Source: a virus. Taken from it: a stretch of 64,000 nt of DNA. Of this stretch, positions 50,361 through 60,145 are shown in pieces; position 1 is the stretch's first letter, and every line of letters begins with the position of its first letter. The stretch spans positions 5,955 through 69,954 of the IMG/VR virus record IMGVR_UViG_3300044801_000394; one strand, written 5' to 3'. The notes beneath the pieces were generated by a model. The model had not been told where the DNA came from, made no database searches, and was given only the letters and a program-made list of their open reading frames with translations. The position numbers were made by a program, and so were the translations under genes.

Positions 50361-51887
50361 GTGTCGATACAAAAAAAGTCAGTATCTAAAGTACTAAAAA
50401 TGGTTTTTGCTGCTGACCCAGTAATGGATCCAGCCACGGAGGAAGATCCCTCTATTAAAGGCCCAGAAGCTCCTGCAGCAATAAATAAACCGTTACCAAA
50501 AACTGAAGCTGCCCCATCTACTTCCGAAATCCTAAGGGTAGTTAACAGGATTTATTTCTATAGTGTGGATCCAAATAAAAAAATCGATTTTAATAATTTG
50601 ACTACTATCTTGTCTGGTACAGACGAGGGAGCTAAGAACCAGTTACTAGCAAATCTTAAAGGTGGAAATACCGGGGACGCCCACGCAGATTATTTTAAAT
50701 GGGTGTCCTTGTTCGTAAAAGCTGTAGCTCCTTCTGATGAAAAGAGAGCAGTAGTGTATCAATTTGATTTAAATCCATGGGGGACAAAAGCCACTAAAGA
50801 TCAAATGTTTAAAACAGAGATAGCAGGATTCGAGCCTCCATCCCCTGATGAAATGTCCCAAGATACAGAAAATTACAATCTTTTTTCCAACATAAATCAA
50901 CTTAGTAAGATGTTAGTTTTGAGTACCGGCCCAGAAGCTTTGTTTACGGATAAAGAGCTCTCAGCTAATTTTGGGAAAATGCTTTTAACTGGGAGAGCAG
51001 AGTCTCTTATACCAAATCCCCAGAATTATAATGCTTTTAAAAATGAAGTTTTCTCATACTATAGAATATGGATCCCTGTCCAGGGTATAGAAGAATTGAG
51101 GAATGTCGACGGGACTAAGCCAAATGCTGATCAACTTCCTGCAACGATGCAAAGAGAGGGTAAGCAGTATAAAGGTGGGGCTGATTTCTATAAAAAATTC
51201 ATGGTAGCAGGAAGATTTAAAGAGCCTGCTGCTGAAGGAGAGAGTATGCCTGCAACACCACAAGCTCAGCCGCAACCACAAGCCCAGCCAAGACAGCCCT
51301 CACCTCGTTTTGAGCCTGTCACGACTAAAGAAGCAAATTTGGTTGAGATAAAAGAAGATGTCGGTAGAGGCGCTACGCACTACACGGGAAGCTATGATAT
51401 CATGCAGAAGCTTGTTGAAGCACAGCATAAGAAGATGAGGATAAGGAAGGAAGCTCTGTATGCTCCATCAACAACACCTTCTAGTACCAGTAAGGGGATA
51501 AATGTCCCTGAAGATGTTTTAGGAGATCCAACGCAAACAAAACGTGTTACAGATGAAATTACAAAAGCTTCTAAACAAATTGCTAACGCTAAAAAAAAGA
51601 TAAATCCTAACGTTCAACCCGGTGCTACTCAACCTACCCCACAGGGGACTCAACCGGCCTATGCTGCAGTATGCAGTTCGGATAAAGTGTCGAAAGTCGT
51701 TAATAGCTTTTTGGATTCGAGGTCGTGGAGTGAGATAAGAGACGCCTATACCGCTAAATATGGGGAAAATCACCATCACCTTAGTCTTAAGTGTGTAAAG
51801 TGCGGGAATATAGAGACTTGCAAATGTCGTGCCCCTAAAATCACAGAAGAGGGGGTCTGTGACGCATGTATGGCGGCGGGTGTATAA
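50361..51887 (+). CDS. Hypothetical modular protein with Pro/Gln linkers and C-terminal Cys/His cluster
   Basis: 508 aa. PQAQPQPQAQP linker; HHH..CVKC...CKC...CDAC. Confidence 0.65.
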   Translation: MSIQKKSVSKVLKMVFAADPVMDPATEEDPSIKGPEAPAAINKPLPKTEAAPSTSEILRVVNRIYFYSVDPNKKIDFNNLTTILSGTDEGAKNQLLANLKGGNTGDAHADYFKWVSLFVKAVAPSDEKRAVVYQFDLNPWGTKATKDQMFKTEIAGFEPPSPDEMSQDTENYNLFSNINQLSKMLVLSTGPEALFTDKELSANFGKMLLTGRAESLIPNPQNYNAFKNEVFSYYRIWIPVQGIEELRNVDGTKPNADQLPATMQREGKQYKGGADFYKKFMVAGRFKEPAAEGESMPATPQAQPQPQAQPRQPSPRFEPVTTKEANLVEIKEDVGRGATHYTGSYDIMQKLVEAQHKKMRIRKEALYAPSTTPSSTSKGINVPEDVLGDPTQTKRVTDEITKASKQIANAKKKINPNVQPGATQPTPQGTQPAYAAVCSSDKVSKVVNSFLDSRSWSEIRDAYTAKYGENHHHLSLKCVKCGNIETCKCRAPKITEEGVCDACMAAGV

Positions 51888-51918
51888 AAGTTTTTGAAAC
51901 AAAGATTTTATTTTAAAT

Positions 51919-51934
51919 TTGGGCTGTTGCCCAA
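51919..51934. terminator. Short hairpin at the structural/replication module boundary
   Basis: TTGGGC-TGTT-GCCCAA inverted repeat in an AT-rich intergenic gap; no clean U-tract. Confidence 0.3.
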
Positions 51935-51986
51935 CTATATTGTATTAAGTAGTTTTTGAAAAATGTCCTAAAATAGAGAACATAAA

Positions 51987-53747
51987 ATGGCTGGATACGG
52001 CTTAGTTCCTTCCAATTATGATACCCTGAAAAAGTTAAGAGAGAGCAAAACTGCTACTCTTAAACCCTGCAAATATTTAAAACCCACCACAAAGCTGAGA
52101 TACTATCAAGTCATCGGAGCCGCTAATCTACTCCTGCTTAACAGAATGATTTTGGCAGATTCTGCAGGTTTAGGTAAGACGGTCCAACTTATAGCTGCTT
52201 ACTGTTTTTTGTTAGAAAAAGATCCTACTCTTAAGCTACTTATTATATGCCCTAAATCTGCCGTAGATCAATGGGCGGAGGAGTTCGAGAAATTTACAAC
52301 TGGTATTTCCGTACATATCATGTCAAACGAGTACGGAAAAATTAAGGGATCGGACAAATACGATCACGTGGATGTCCTCAAGAAAAAAGGTATTCCTTTT
52401 GAAAAGTCTAAATGGTTCGAGGCAAGAAAGATACAATACACAACTATAAACGCCAACGTACTGATAACAAACTGGCATGCTGTGCAAGACGATTATCCAT
52501 TCCTTGCTTCAAACCGTACTGATAATTTTATACTTGCTCTAGATGAAGTACAGGAGATAAAAAACAGAAAAACCGATACTCATTTTGGGGCCGACTACAT
52601 AGCACAAAAAGCAGTAAGAGTCTATGGCCTAAGTGCAACGATCATAAAAAACAAGCTCGAGGAAGCTTACAATATATTCAGGGTAGTCGTTCCCGGGCTT
52701 TTTGGGAGCCGTGCAAAGTTTAACAAGAACTATCTCAAGCTTAAGAAACAGAGGATAAAAAGAGGAAAGAGACTTTTCTTTTTTAACAAAATAATAGGAT
52801 ACAAGAATCTCAAGGAGTTCAGGCAGACTATTGATCCATATTTTCTTATCAGGAAGACAAAGGATGTTGCCAGTGAGTTGCCAACGATTATTGCTAAAAA
52901 GATAATGGTGGAGATGACAGATGCCCAACGTAAGCTGTATGTGTATGCTCTCAGTGGAGATCTCTACAGAGATCGAGTAAAAGATAGATATTTTCAATAT
53001 AAAACGCTGTTTGATGCTCAGCTGACGCACTCCGAGAAGGAGTATGCCATGCTTGAGAAGTTCTGCAAAAATTACCAGGACTCGTTGACAGTGGAGGGTG
53101 CCCAGAAGAACAAGATCGCTAGACTAGCTTTTTGCCAACTAGTAGCCAACGGTCCTCAGTGGTTAAACGCTAAGGAGGTAGGAGATAGCAGTAAAGAGGA
53201 AGAGTTCAGACGGATATTTGACCAGGAGCTTAGAGCGGAGAAGACAATTGTTTTTACAAGATTTAAATCTGGGATACCCCGTTTAGAATCTATCTTAAAC
53301 GATCTGGAGATTAAAAGTACCAAAATAACGGGCGACGTAACAGGAAAAGACAGGAAAACAGCCCGTTTACAGTTCCAAGAGAAAGAAGACACCCCTGTAA
53401 TATTTATTACATTTGCTGGAAGTGCTGCTTTAAATTTGCAAGCCGCTAATATTATATTGTTCTATGATACACCCTGGTCTTATGGGGATCTGTACCAGAC
53501 AATAGGTAGGGCTCAAAGGATTGGAAGTATCTACCAGCATATCCATGTGATACACATGGTGTCACAAAACTCTATAGATGAACATGTTATAGAGGTTTTA
53601 GAGGGCAAAAAAGATTTGATTTCCAATGTCATGGGAGATATAGCCGAGGGAGCTATCGAGTTTAAGCCAGATGAGACGTTGTTTAAGGAAGAGGAAGAGA
53701 GCACAATAAATGCCCTCTTCAATTCTGTTTTTAAAAAAATCGTTTAA
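51987..53747 (+). CDS. SNF2-family (SF2) helicase/ATPase
   Basis: 586 aa. LADSAGLGKT, DEVQ, SAT, QTIGRAQRIG. Confidence 0.92.
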   Translation: MAGYGLVPSNYDTLKKLRESKTATLKPCKYLKPTTKLRYYQVIGAANLLLLNRMILADSAGLGKTVQLIAAYCFLLEKDPTLKLLIICPKSAVDQWAEEFEKFTTGISVHIMSNEYGKIKGSDKYDHVDVLKKKGIPFEKSKWFEARKIQYTTINANVLITNWHAVQDDYPFLASNRTDNFILALDEVQEIKNRKTDTHFGADYIAQKAVRVYGLSATIIKNKLEEAYNIFRVVVPGLFGSRAKFNKNYLKLKKQRIKRGKRLFFFNKIIGYKNLKEFRQTIDPYFLIRKTKDVASELPTIIAKKIMVEMTDAQRKLYVYALSGDLYRDRVKDRYFQYKTLFDAQLTHSEKEYAMLEKFCKNYQDSLTVEGAQKNKIARLAFCQLVANGPQWLNAKEVGDSSKEEEFRRIFDQELRAEKTIVFTRFKSGIPRLESILNDLEIKSTKITGDVTGKDRKTARLQFQEKEDTPVIFITFAGSAALNLQAANIILFYDTPWSYGDLYQTIGRAQRIGSIYQHIHVIHMVSQNSIDEHVIEVLEGKKDLISNVMGDIAEGAIEFKPDETLFKEEEESTINALFNSVFKKIV

Positions 53748-53779
53748 CAGTTTTTAAACAGCCCTTTTGTTAGGGATCT

Positions 53780-54502
53780 ATGCAAAACGAAAACGTGTGC
53801 CCTTATTGCGGCGGTGCAGGGCAGATCATCGACCGCGATAGAAAAAATTTTACATTTGATAAGAGCGGTAAGCCCCTTGAGGAGTATCGCTATTATACCT
53901 GCTTTTGTATCAACAACAAAATAGTCAGTAAATCTTTTACAAAGCTATATGGCATTCCGGATATAACCCCTGATGGCACTATCAAAGCTGGTAAATTCGG
54001 TGGATTTAAGAATCTCGTCATATACGGTAATGAACAGAAATTTCTGCATCTTGTAAAAGCTACAATGGTTTTGCATGCAAACTATCACCACACATTTGAA
54101 TTCGTAAACGGGACCGAACTTGTTCACAAATATTTTGTTGAACAGCCCAGGGGTATTACACGACACCTTCCTGATTTGGAAAATAAGGATATGGTTATTT
54201 TTATTTTTGACGCTTCTACAGAGAACAAAGCCCAAAGCAGGGCAGTATTTGAAGTAGTCAAAAATAGATTCAGGATGAACAATCCGGAAAAATTGGCCAA
54301 AAAGGAAAAGATAGAGAGACCCACGTGGGTTTACTCCAGTAACTCTGATTCATTAAAAAGCAGCAAAGAGTACTCCCCGGAACTCGCTCCGTATCTTAGC
54401 AGGTATGAAGAGAGGGATCTCAAAAGCTATGCTGTTCCTTTTGATGTAGTTGATGTCGATACAAGCACAGTAAACAACATACAATTTGATTTAGGAAGCT
54501 AA
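53780..54502 (+). CDS. Zn-finger protein resembling a degenerate DnaC/DnaI-like helicase loader
   Basis: 240 aa. CPYCGG...CFC N-terminus; NLVIYG without GKT; directly upstream of DnaB. Confidence 0.5.
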   Translation: MQNENVCPYCGGAGQIIDRDRKNFTFDKSGKPLEEYRYYTCFCINNKIVSKSFTKLYGIPDITPDGTIKAGKFGGFKNLVIYGNEQKFLHLVKATMVLHANYHHTFEFVNGTELVHKYFVEQPRGITRHLPDLENKDMVIFIFDASTENKAQSRAVFEVVKNRFRMNNPEKLAKKEKIERPTWVYSSNSDSLKSSKEYSPELAPYLSRYEERDLKSYAVPFDVVDVDTSTVNNIQFDLGS

Positions 54503-54508
54503 TATACT

Positions 54509-56062
54509 ATGATAGATCTAAGTTTGATCTTCAGATCGATAATAAACTTCAAAGATTCTTCTGGGTCAGAAACCCTGTCCCAGAAGAATCTCATAAAGAA
54601 TTTTCAGGCTCTTCAAAAAAATGTCCCCGATGAGCCAGAAGATCGAGCCTATAAAGAGCTATATTTTTTTATACTAGACCACGTAAGAAGTTGTGACACT
54701 TCCCAAGAGTATGAGCTTCCTTCGTATGATATAATTAAGAAGTTTTTTGAGGAGAGTGGAGGGGAGCATCCTGAAGAGGTATTAAAAGCCCTTGAACAGA
54801 TTAAGACACAAGTTCCTTTCATCGGTCAGGACTATTACCGGATACTCAGAACATACAAGGAAGAACTGGACCAAGAGAAATTAAATCAAATTCTTATCAA
54901 GACAAATAAAATAGCTCAGGTTGGGGACAAAGAAGGAACAGGCAAAAACATTATCACGTTGAAAGGGATACCTGATGCTCTGAACTATTTTGCGCGGAAA
55001 TCACGGAGTCTTAGGAACAGTTCCACGGGAATCAAATTAGAGTCTCAGATTATAAGTAGGGATGATGTTGACGAAGAAAAAAAAGACTATTTAGCTGTAA
55101 AAAAAGATCCTCTGGATACTTATGGGATAACCACGGGACTGTCTCCTATAGATAAGGTCTGGAATCTAGGTCTACAAAATACAGAATTGATGCTTGTCAC
55201 GGCTTTTACTTCACACGGCAAGACCGCATTTTCTATGTATATGGCATATCGAGCTATACTGATGGGATTCAATACGGCAGTCATATCCCTGGAACAGACG
55301 TTCAAAGAAATAAGAACTCAGATTTATGTCAAACATACCTGTAACCCGATAATGGCAAAAAGATTTCCGGAGTTTGCCCATCTTATAGGAACATTAGATA
55401 TAAAGAATGTGAAATCAGGGAAGCTTACAGAGGAACAACAGGCATTTTATTTTGCGGCCTGTGAAGATCTGGCAACTACAGAGGGCTACGGCAAACTTAA
55501 TTTGTGGTATCCCCCTAAGGCTAAACCCACAGTCTCAGAAATTGAATTTAATCTTTCTCAGGTCCAGCAGGAGTACAAAACAGTTGGTAGAAATCTTGAA
55601 TTTGTAGTGTTAGATTACATATCACTTCTCGGCCTTTCAAGAGAAGAAATGACTAAAGATGCAAACGAGAACCAAAATGTAATCATAAGAAATTTAAAGA
55701 GCCTTTGTAACACATTTAATGGCGGTCAAGGATTAAGGATGTTATCTCCGTTTCAGGCGAATAGGGACGGATTAAGAGAAGCCAAGCAAAATGATGGTGT
55801 GTACCAACTAACAGCACTATCTGGTGCTCATGAAGCAGAAAGATCTGCCGACGGAGTTATAGCTATGTACATGGAAGATATTTGGAGAAATGAGGGCAAG
55901 ATAAAGTTCTCTTGTTTAAAAGGAAGAAGAAATGGTTTTTTTAATGCTTTTAACGCACGAGTAAATTACAAATCTCTATTCTATACAGATAGTAACATAG
56001 ATGAGAATATGGATGAGATAGAAGCGGTCGAACGAATACAGACATCTCTGCAACATACTTAA
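54509..56062 (+). CDS. dnaB: Replicative DnaB-like (SF4) helicase
   Basis: 517 aa. ITTGLSPID, Walker A AFTSHGKT, VVLDY, FQANR, ERSADGVI, KGR. Confidence 0.88.
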   Translation: MIDLSLIFRSIINFKDSSGSETLSQKNLIKNFQALQKNVPDEPEDRAYKELYFFILDHVRSCDTSQEYELPSYDIIKKFFEESGGEHPEEVLKALEQIKTQVPFIGQDYYRILRTYKEELDQEKLNQILIKTNKIAQVGDKEGTGKNIITLKGIPDALNYFARKSRSLRNSSTGIKLESQIISRDDVDEEKKDYLAVKKDPLDTYGITTGLSPIDKVWNLGLQNTELMLVTAFTSHGKTAFSMYMAYRAILMGFNTAVISLEQTFKEIRTQIYVKHTCNPIMAKRFPEFAHLIGTLDIKNVKSGKLTEEQQAFYFAACEDLATTEGYGKLNLWYPPKAKPTVSEIEFNLSQVQQEYKTVGRNLEFVVLDYISLLGLSREEMTKDANENQNVIIRNLKSLCNTFNGGQGLRMLSPFQANRDGLREAKQNDGVYQLTALSGAHEAERSADGVIAMYMEDIWRNEGKIKFSCLKGRRNGFFNAFNARVNYKSLFYTDSNIDENMDEIEAVERIQTSLQHT

Positions 56063-56070
56063 CATAGACT

Positions 56071-56619
56071 ATGAAAGATTTTGTAAAATTAAAAGAAGAG
56101 ATAAAAAAGCATGTAACTCTCGGTGAGATGCTTCGAGAAGACGGGAGAGTCACCCTTGAAGTAGATGAGGAACAGATACATTGTCCTTTTCATGGAGCAG
56201 ACAATAAGAAAAGTGCCCGATACTATAAGCAGACAGATACTATGTACTGCTGGGCATGCAAAAAGATTTGGGATGTCTTCTCTTATACACAGCAGGAGAG
56301 GGGATCGACACTTAGAGAGGCAATCAATAGTCTAGTAAAAGAAAACCATATTGACATCTCATCTGTGCCTGAACAGATAGATGTCCTTATACAAGGGATA
56401 ACCGGACAAGAAAAGCCAGCAGAGATAAACAGGAACAGGATATTTTTGATGCAAGTACGTGACTGTATCTTTAAATTAAAAGATAGTATAGCCGTTGAAA
56501 AATATCAAAGATTAGTCCATTCCTATATGCTTTTGAAATATCTTGTGTCAGATGAAAAATATGTAGAGGCATGCAACAAAATGAATGAAGCACTTACCAG
56601 AATAACGAAAGAAATATAA
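56071..56619 (+). CDS. Stand-alone CHC2 zinc-finger (DnaG primase zinc-binding domain) protein
   Basis: 182 aa. CPFHGADNKKSA...YCWAC; no TOPRIM domain. Confidence 0.8.
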   Translation: MKDFVKLKEEIKKHVTLGEMLREDGRVTLEVDEEQIHCPFHGADNKKSARYYKQTDTMYCWACKKIWDVFSYTQQERGSTLREAINSLVKENHIDISSVPEQIDVLIQGITGQEKPAEINRNRIFLMQVRDCIFKLKDSIAVEKYQRLVHSYMLLKYLVSDEKYVEACNKMNEALTRITKEI

Positions 56620-56620
56620 T

Positions 56621-59290
56621 ATGGACGAGTTTGACATGATAATTGATGATGCAGAGCCAGTAAAGAAAACTGTGGATAAACCAGTTGCTAAAGAACCAGA
56701 AGTTAACACAGATGATCTTGTTCTGGCGATACCTCAATTAGATGCTCTTGCAAAGATAGATGTAAAGCATATCGTGGACGAAATGCCTTGGATGAAAAAT
56801 AAGAAGTTTCTTCTTCTTCATGACAGGAGGTCAATAGAAGATTTTATTGATAGGATGATAAAGCAAGGCATAGGAGCTCTCGACACAGAGACAACTGGTT
56901 TGAATACAAGGTTGGATAAAAATGGTGTCCCCTATGATAAACTGGTAGGGATATCTCTTGCATTAAGCAGAGAGGAAGCATGCTATATCCCTATAGCCCA
57001 CGCAGACAAAGAGTACAATGTTTCTTTAGAGTTTGTTTTGGATCAACTAAAAAAATTGGCAGCAAACTGTACGCTTATTTTTCACAATTTTAAATATGAC
57101 GGTCAGGTATTAAGGAATTACGGAATAATAATTGGTGGCGAGATATACGATGAAAACATGTTTGAAGATACTCTTATCATGGCCGTAATTCAGGATGCTT
57201 CGAGAAAAGCCAACGGATTAAAAATATTGTCTAAGAATATCCTCAAAAGAGAAATGATGGAGATAAAAGGTCTCGGTGTTAAAGTCACTAATGATACTAT
57301 CCCTGCTTTTGACCAAGTCCCTCCGGAAAAAGCGGTATATTATGCAGCTGCAGACGCCATGAATACCTTTTACCTGTATGAAGTCTTTACAGATTTAATA
57401 AATCAACAGGATCATGACAGAAGACAAGGTCCCTGGGGAATATACAAAATTGAAAAACGTTGCATGTTTGTTACTATGGAGATGGAGCGTAATTATGCTA
57501 AAGTAGATTTGGAATATCTAAAGAAGATAAAGGCAGACCTTGAGAATCGAAGCCAAGAATGTGTAAATAAGGTCCATGAGATAGTGGGAAGACCAATTGA
57601 TATAAACAGTCCAAAACAACTAGGGACTCTTCTTTTTGATGAACTAAAATTAAAATACACCTCTAAGACCCCCAAGGAAAAAACAAAATCTGGGAACTAC
57701 GAAACCTCAGAAGATGTCCTAAAAAAAATTAAGAAAGATCACCCAATAATTAATTATATCCTTGACTATCGTGGGTATCAAAAGTATCTTTCTACATATG
57801 TCGACAACCTCATTAACCACTCAGACCAAAACAATGAGATAAAATTCGAGTTAAATCAGACACGAGCAGATACAGGAAGATACTCAGCAACAGGCGGAAA
57901 GGGATTAAAAATAGATGGATATGGAAAGATAAACTGTCAGAATCTTCCAAAATCCAACTCAAAAGACCCTAAATCAGTAGATATTAGAAGGGCTATCATA
58001 GCCCATCCTGGATTTAAAATAGTATCAATAGACTACAGCGGTGAAGAGTTACGCATAGCCGCCAACCTCTCGAAAGAAGAAAAGTGGATCAATGAATTCC
58101 TTCACGGTTCAGGAGATCTACACACAGTCACCGGAAAAATCATATACAACAAAAACGAAATCAGTAAAGAAGAGCGGGAGAAGGCAAAGACTCTGAACTT
58201 CACAATTTTGTATGGTGGGGGACCGGGAACATTCGCAGCACGAGCTGAAATAACTTTTGATCAAGCAAAAAAGTTGATTCATAACTTTTTTAAACAGTAT
58301 AAAGGTATTGAAAAGTGGGCAAAAACTGAAGCTAAGATATGTAGAAAACAAGGATACTGCCGAACAGCACTCGGGAGAAGAAGACCCTTAACAGAATTCT
58401 ATAACTCGACTGAAATAGAGGTGCAGAAACACGGTGATAGGTGTGCCATAAATGGCACGGTCCAGGGTACAGCGGCAGATATAATAAAGATAGCTTTGCA
58501 GCGTGTATCTAAATGGGTCAGGGAACAAGGTTTGCAGGATAAGATAAAACTAATGGTCCCTATTCATGATGAAATAGTATTTGAGATAAAAAACGACGGC
58601 TCGGAAGAAGATCAAGCTGCTTTTGGACACTATATAGAAGAGCTGTCAAATATAATGATAATAGATGACGTTGTTACTAATCTAAGATGGCCCGTCCATC
58701 TTGATGTAGATGCCGAATATGGGGATTCTCTCTCTGTAGATCACAGTTATTTTGAAGAGAAAGAAGAACTCATGCAAAACTCCAAAAATACTAACGAATC
58801 CCAATCTCAACCCAAAAAGGAGAGTAAAACTACTAATGTGGAGGCTACAGCTACGGGTGTTAAAGAGATAGATCAGATTAGTGTTTCTACCACACAGCAT
58901 TCAACGGGTCAAAGTATGGGGTATCAGTTTGAGGCAAACATACGTTCAAAAATATTAGGAGAAGACGATCTACGTTTAGCAAAAGAGATACTGTTGTCTC
59001 GAGTGAAAGAAGAACCTAAAGAAATAGAGAAAGCGATTTCTGACAGTCCTAATTTGAATGTCTTCATTGATAAGCAGAACTATTTTGCCTATTCCATATC
59101 CAATTTTGATACCGTTGTAGCGAAGCAAGTTGACACTGTTATTAGTATTTTGGAAACAGTTGGGGACATTTTTATCGGACCCAAATGCTACATTAAACTA
59201 TTAACAGAAAACAACGAAGTGCTGTATGTCAGCACCAAAAAAGTATCGGTTGATGCTTTTATTTCGTTGTGTCTCTGGCTTAACATTTAA
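56621..59290 (+). CDS. polA: DNA polymerase family A with 3'-5' exonuclease
   Basis: 889 aa. Exo motifs DTETTG, HNFKYD, YAAADA; Pol motifs DYSGEELR, KTLNFTILYG, IHDE; no 5'-3' exonuclease. Confidence 0.95.
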   Translation: MDEFDMIIDDAEPVKKTVDKPVAKEPEVNTDDLVLAIPQLDALAKIDVKHIVDEMPWMKNKKFLLLHDRRSIEDFIDRMIKQGIGALDTETTGLNTRLDKNGVPYDKLVGISLALSREEACYIPIAHADKEYNVSLEFVLDQLKKLAANCTLIFHNFKYDGQVLRNYGIIIGGEIYDENMFEDTLIMAVIQDASRKANGLKILSKNILKREMMEIKGLGVKVTNDTIPAFDQVPPEKAVYYAAADAMNTFYLYEVFTDLINQQDHDRRQGPWGIYKIEKRCMFVTMEMERNYAKVDLEYLKKIKADLENRSQECVNKVHEIVGRPIDINSPKQLGTLLFDELKLKYTSKTPKEKTKSGNYETSEDVLKKIKKDHPIINYILDYRGYQKYLSTYVDNLINHSDQNNEIKFELNQTRADTGRYSATGGKGLKIDGYGKINCQNLPKSNSKDPKSVDIRRAIIAHPGFKIVSIDYSGEELRIAANLSKEEKWINEFLHGSGDLHTVTGKIIYNKNEISKEEREKAKTLNFTILYGGGPGTFAARAEITFDQAKKLIHNFFKQYKGIEKWAKTEAKICRKQGYCRTALGRRRPLTEFYNSTEIEVQKHGDRCAINGTVQGTAADIIKIALQRVSKWVREQGLQDKIKLMVPIHDEIVFEIKNDGSEEDQAAFGHYIEELSNIMIIDDVVTNLRWPVHLDVDAEYGDSLSVDHSYFEEKEELMQNSKNTNESQSQPKKESKTTNVEATATGVKEIDQISVSTTQHSTGQSMGYQFEANIRSKILGEDDLRLAKEILLSRVKEEPKEIEKAISDSPNLNVFIDKQNYFAYSISNFDTVVAKQVDTVISILETVGDIFIGPKCYIKLLTENNEVLYVSTKKVSVDAFISLCLWLNI

Positions 59291-59309
59291 AATTTAGGAA
59301 GGAACTACA

Positions 59310-59963
59310 ATGGTTGTCGTAAAGACCGTAGAAGAGTTTTGTGAAAAAAATGAAAAAGAGTTAAGAGCTTTTATGACGTATAAGACCGGGATTAAAGATG
59401 TAGACATGATCAATGACACGATTCAAGAGTTTTACAAGGGTCTCATCATGTACCATTCCTTGGAGTTATACGATGAGAACAGGGCTCCGACAGAGGAACA
59501 GAATAAACTTAATTTTGAAACATGGATATGTAATAACTTGTGCTGGCTTCTCAACATTATGAAGAGAAGGAATTTCAGGGACAGATTTGAAGTATACTCC
59601 CAAGTCGATACATGCTCCGAAAAACCAGGCTCAGCAGAGCCGGTAGATGTGTGGGAGGTCCTTGATACCACAAAAAACAACAATTTTTTCTCTGTGGATG
59701 AGAGGTATAAAGTTTCCCAAGTAGAGCAAGAACAAGAAAACGGCTTGAACAGGGAAATGAATGCCTTCTTAAGATATATAGAAAGGAATCTTCCTGAGAA
59801 AAAATCAAAAGAGATTAAAAATTTTATACTGTATCGTGCCAAAGGATTGAACAATACCGACATAAGCTACTTGCTGGGTAAATCAAACAACATGATTAAG
59901 ATCATACGGCAAGATGCCGAACGAAGGTATAATAAGTGGAAGAAAATCAGAATAAAAGTTTGA
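59310..59963 (+). CDS. Sigma-70/ECF-like RNA polymerase sigma factor
   Basis: 217 aa. Region-2-like DTIQEFY...FETWI and C-terminal HTH GLNNTDISYLLGKSNNMIK. Confidence 0.65.
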   Translation: MVVVKTVEEFCEKNEKELRAFMTYKTGIKDVDMINDTIQEFYKGLIMYHSLELYDENRAPTEEQNKLNFETWICNNLCWLLNIMKRRNFRDRFEVYSQVDTCSEKPGSAEPVDVWEVLDTTKNNNFFSVDERYKVSQVEQEQENGLNREMNAFLRYIERNLPEKKSKEIKNFILYRAKGLNNTDISYLLGKSNNMIKIIRQDAERRYNKWKKIRIKV

Positions 59964-60145
59964 GAGAGTCCCTTGTAGAAGAGATTGAAAAGACAAAGGA
60001 TCTCCTTGTCCGCTATTGGGCGGGGGATCTTTTAATGCCCAAAGATTTTAATTACAAATCGACTATATTGAAACTGCAACATCTACGGAACAAACAAAAA
60101 GTAATCAAAAAACAGGAGAGAACCGACCATGAAAAAGAACAATAA
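59936..60145 (+). CDS. Small hypothetical protein
   Basis: 69 aa, GTG start; overlaps both neighbours in operon fashion. Confidence 0.5.
   Translation: MEENQNKSLRESLVEEIEKTKDLLVRYWAGDLLMPKDFNYKSTILKLQHLRNKQKVIKKQERTDHEKEQ

Noticed and set aside
51987-59290. Inteins or introns in helicases and polymerase
   Set aside because: Catalytic motifs are normally spaced; no intein-like C...HN-C/S/T boundaries or LAGLIDADG blocks were seen.
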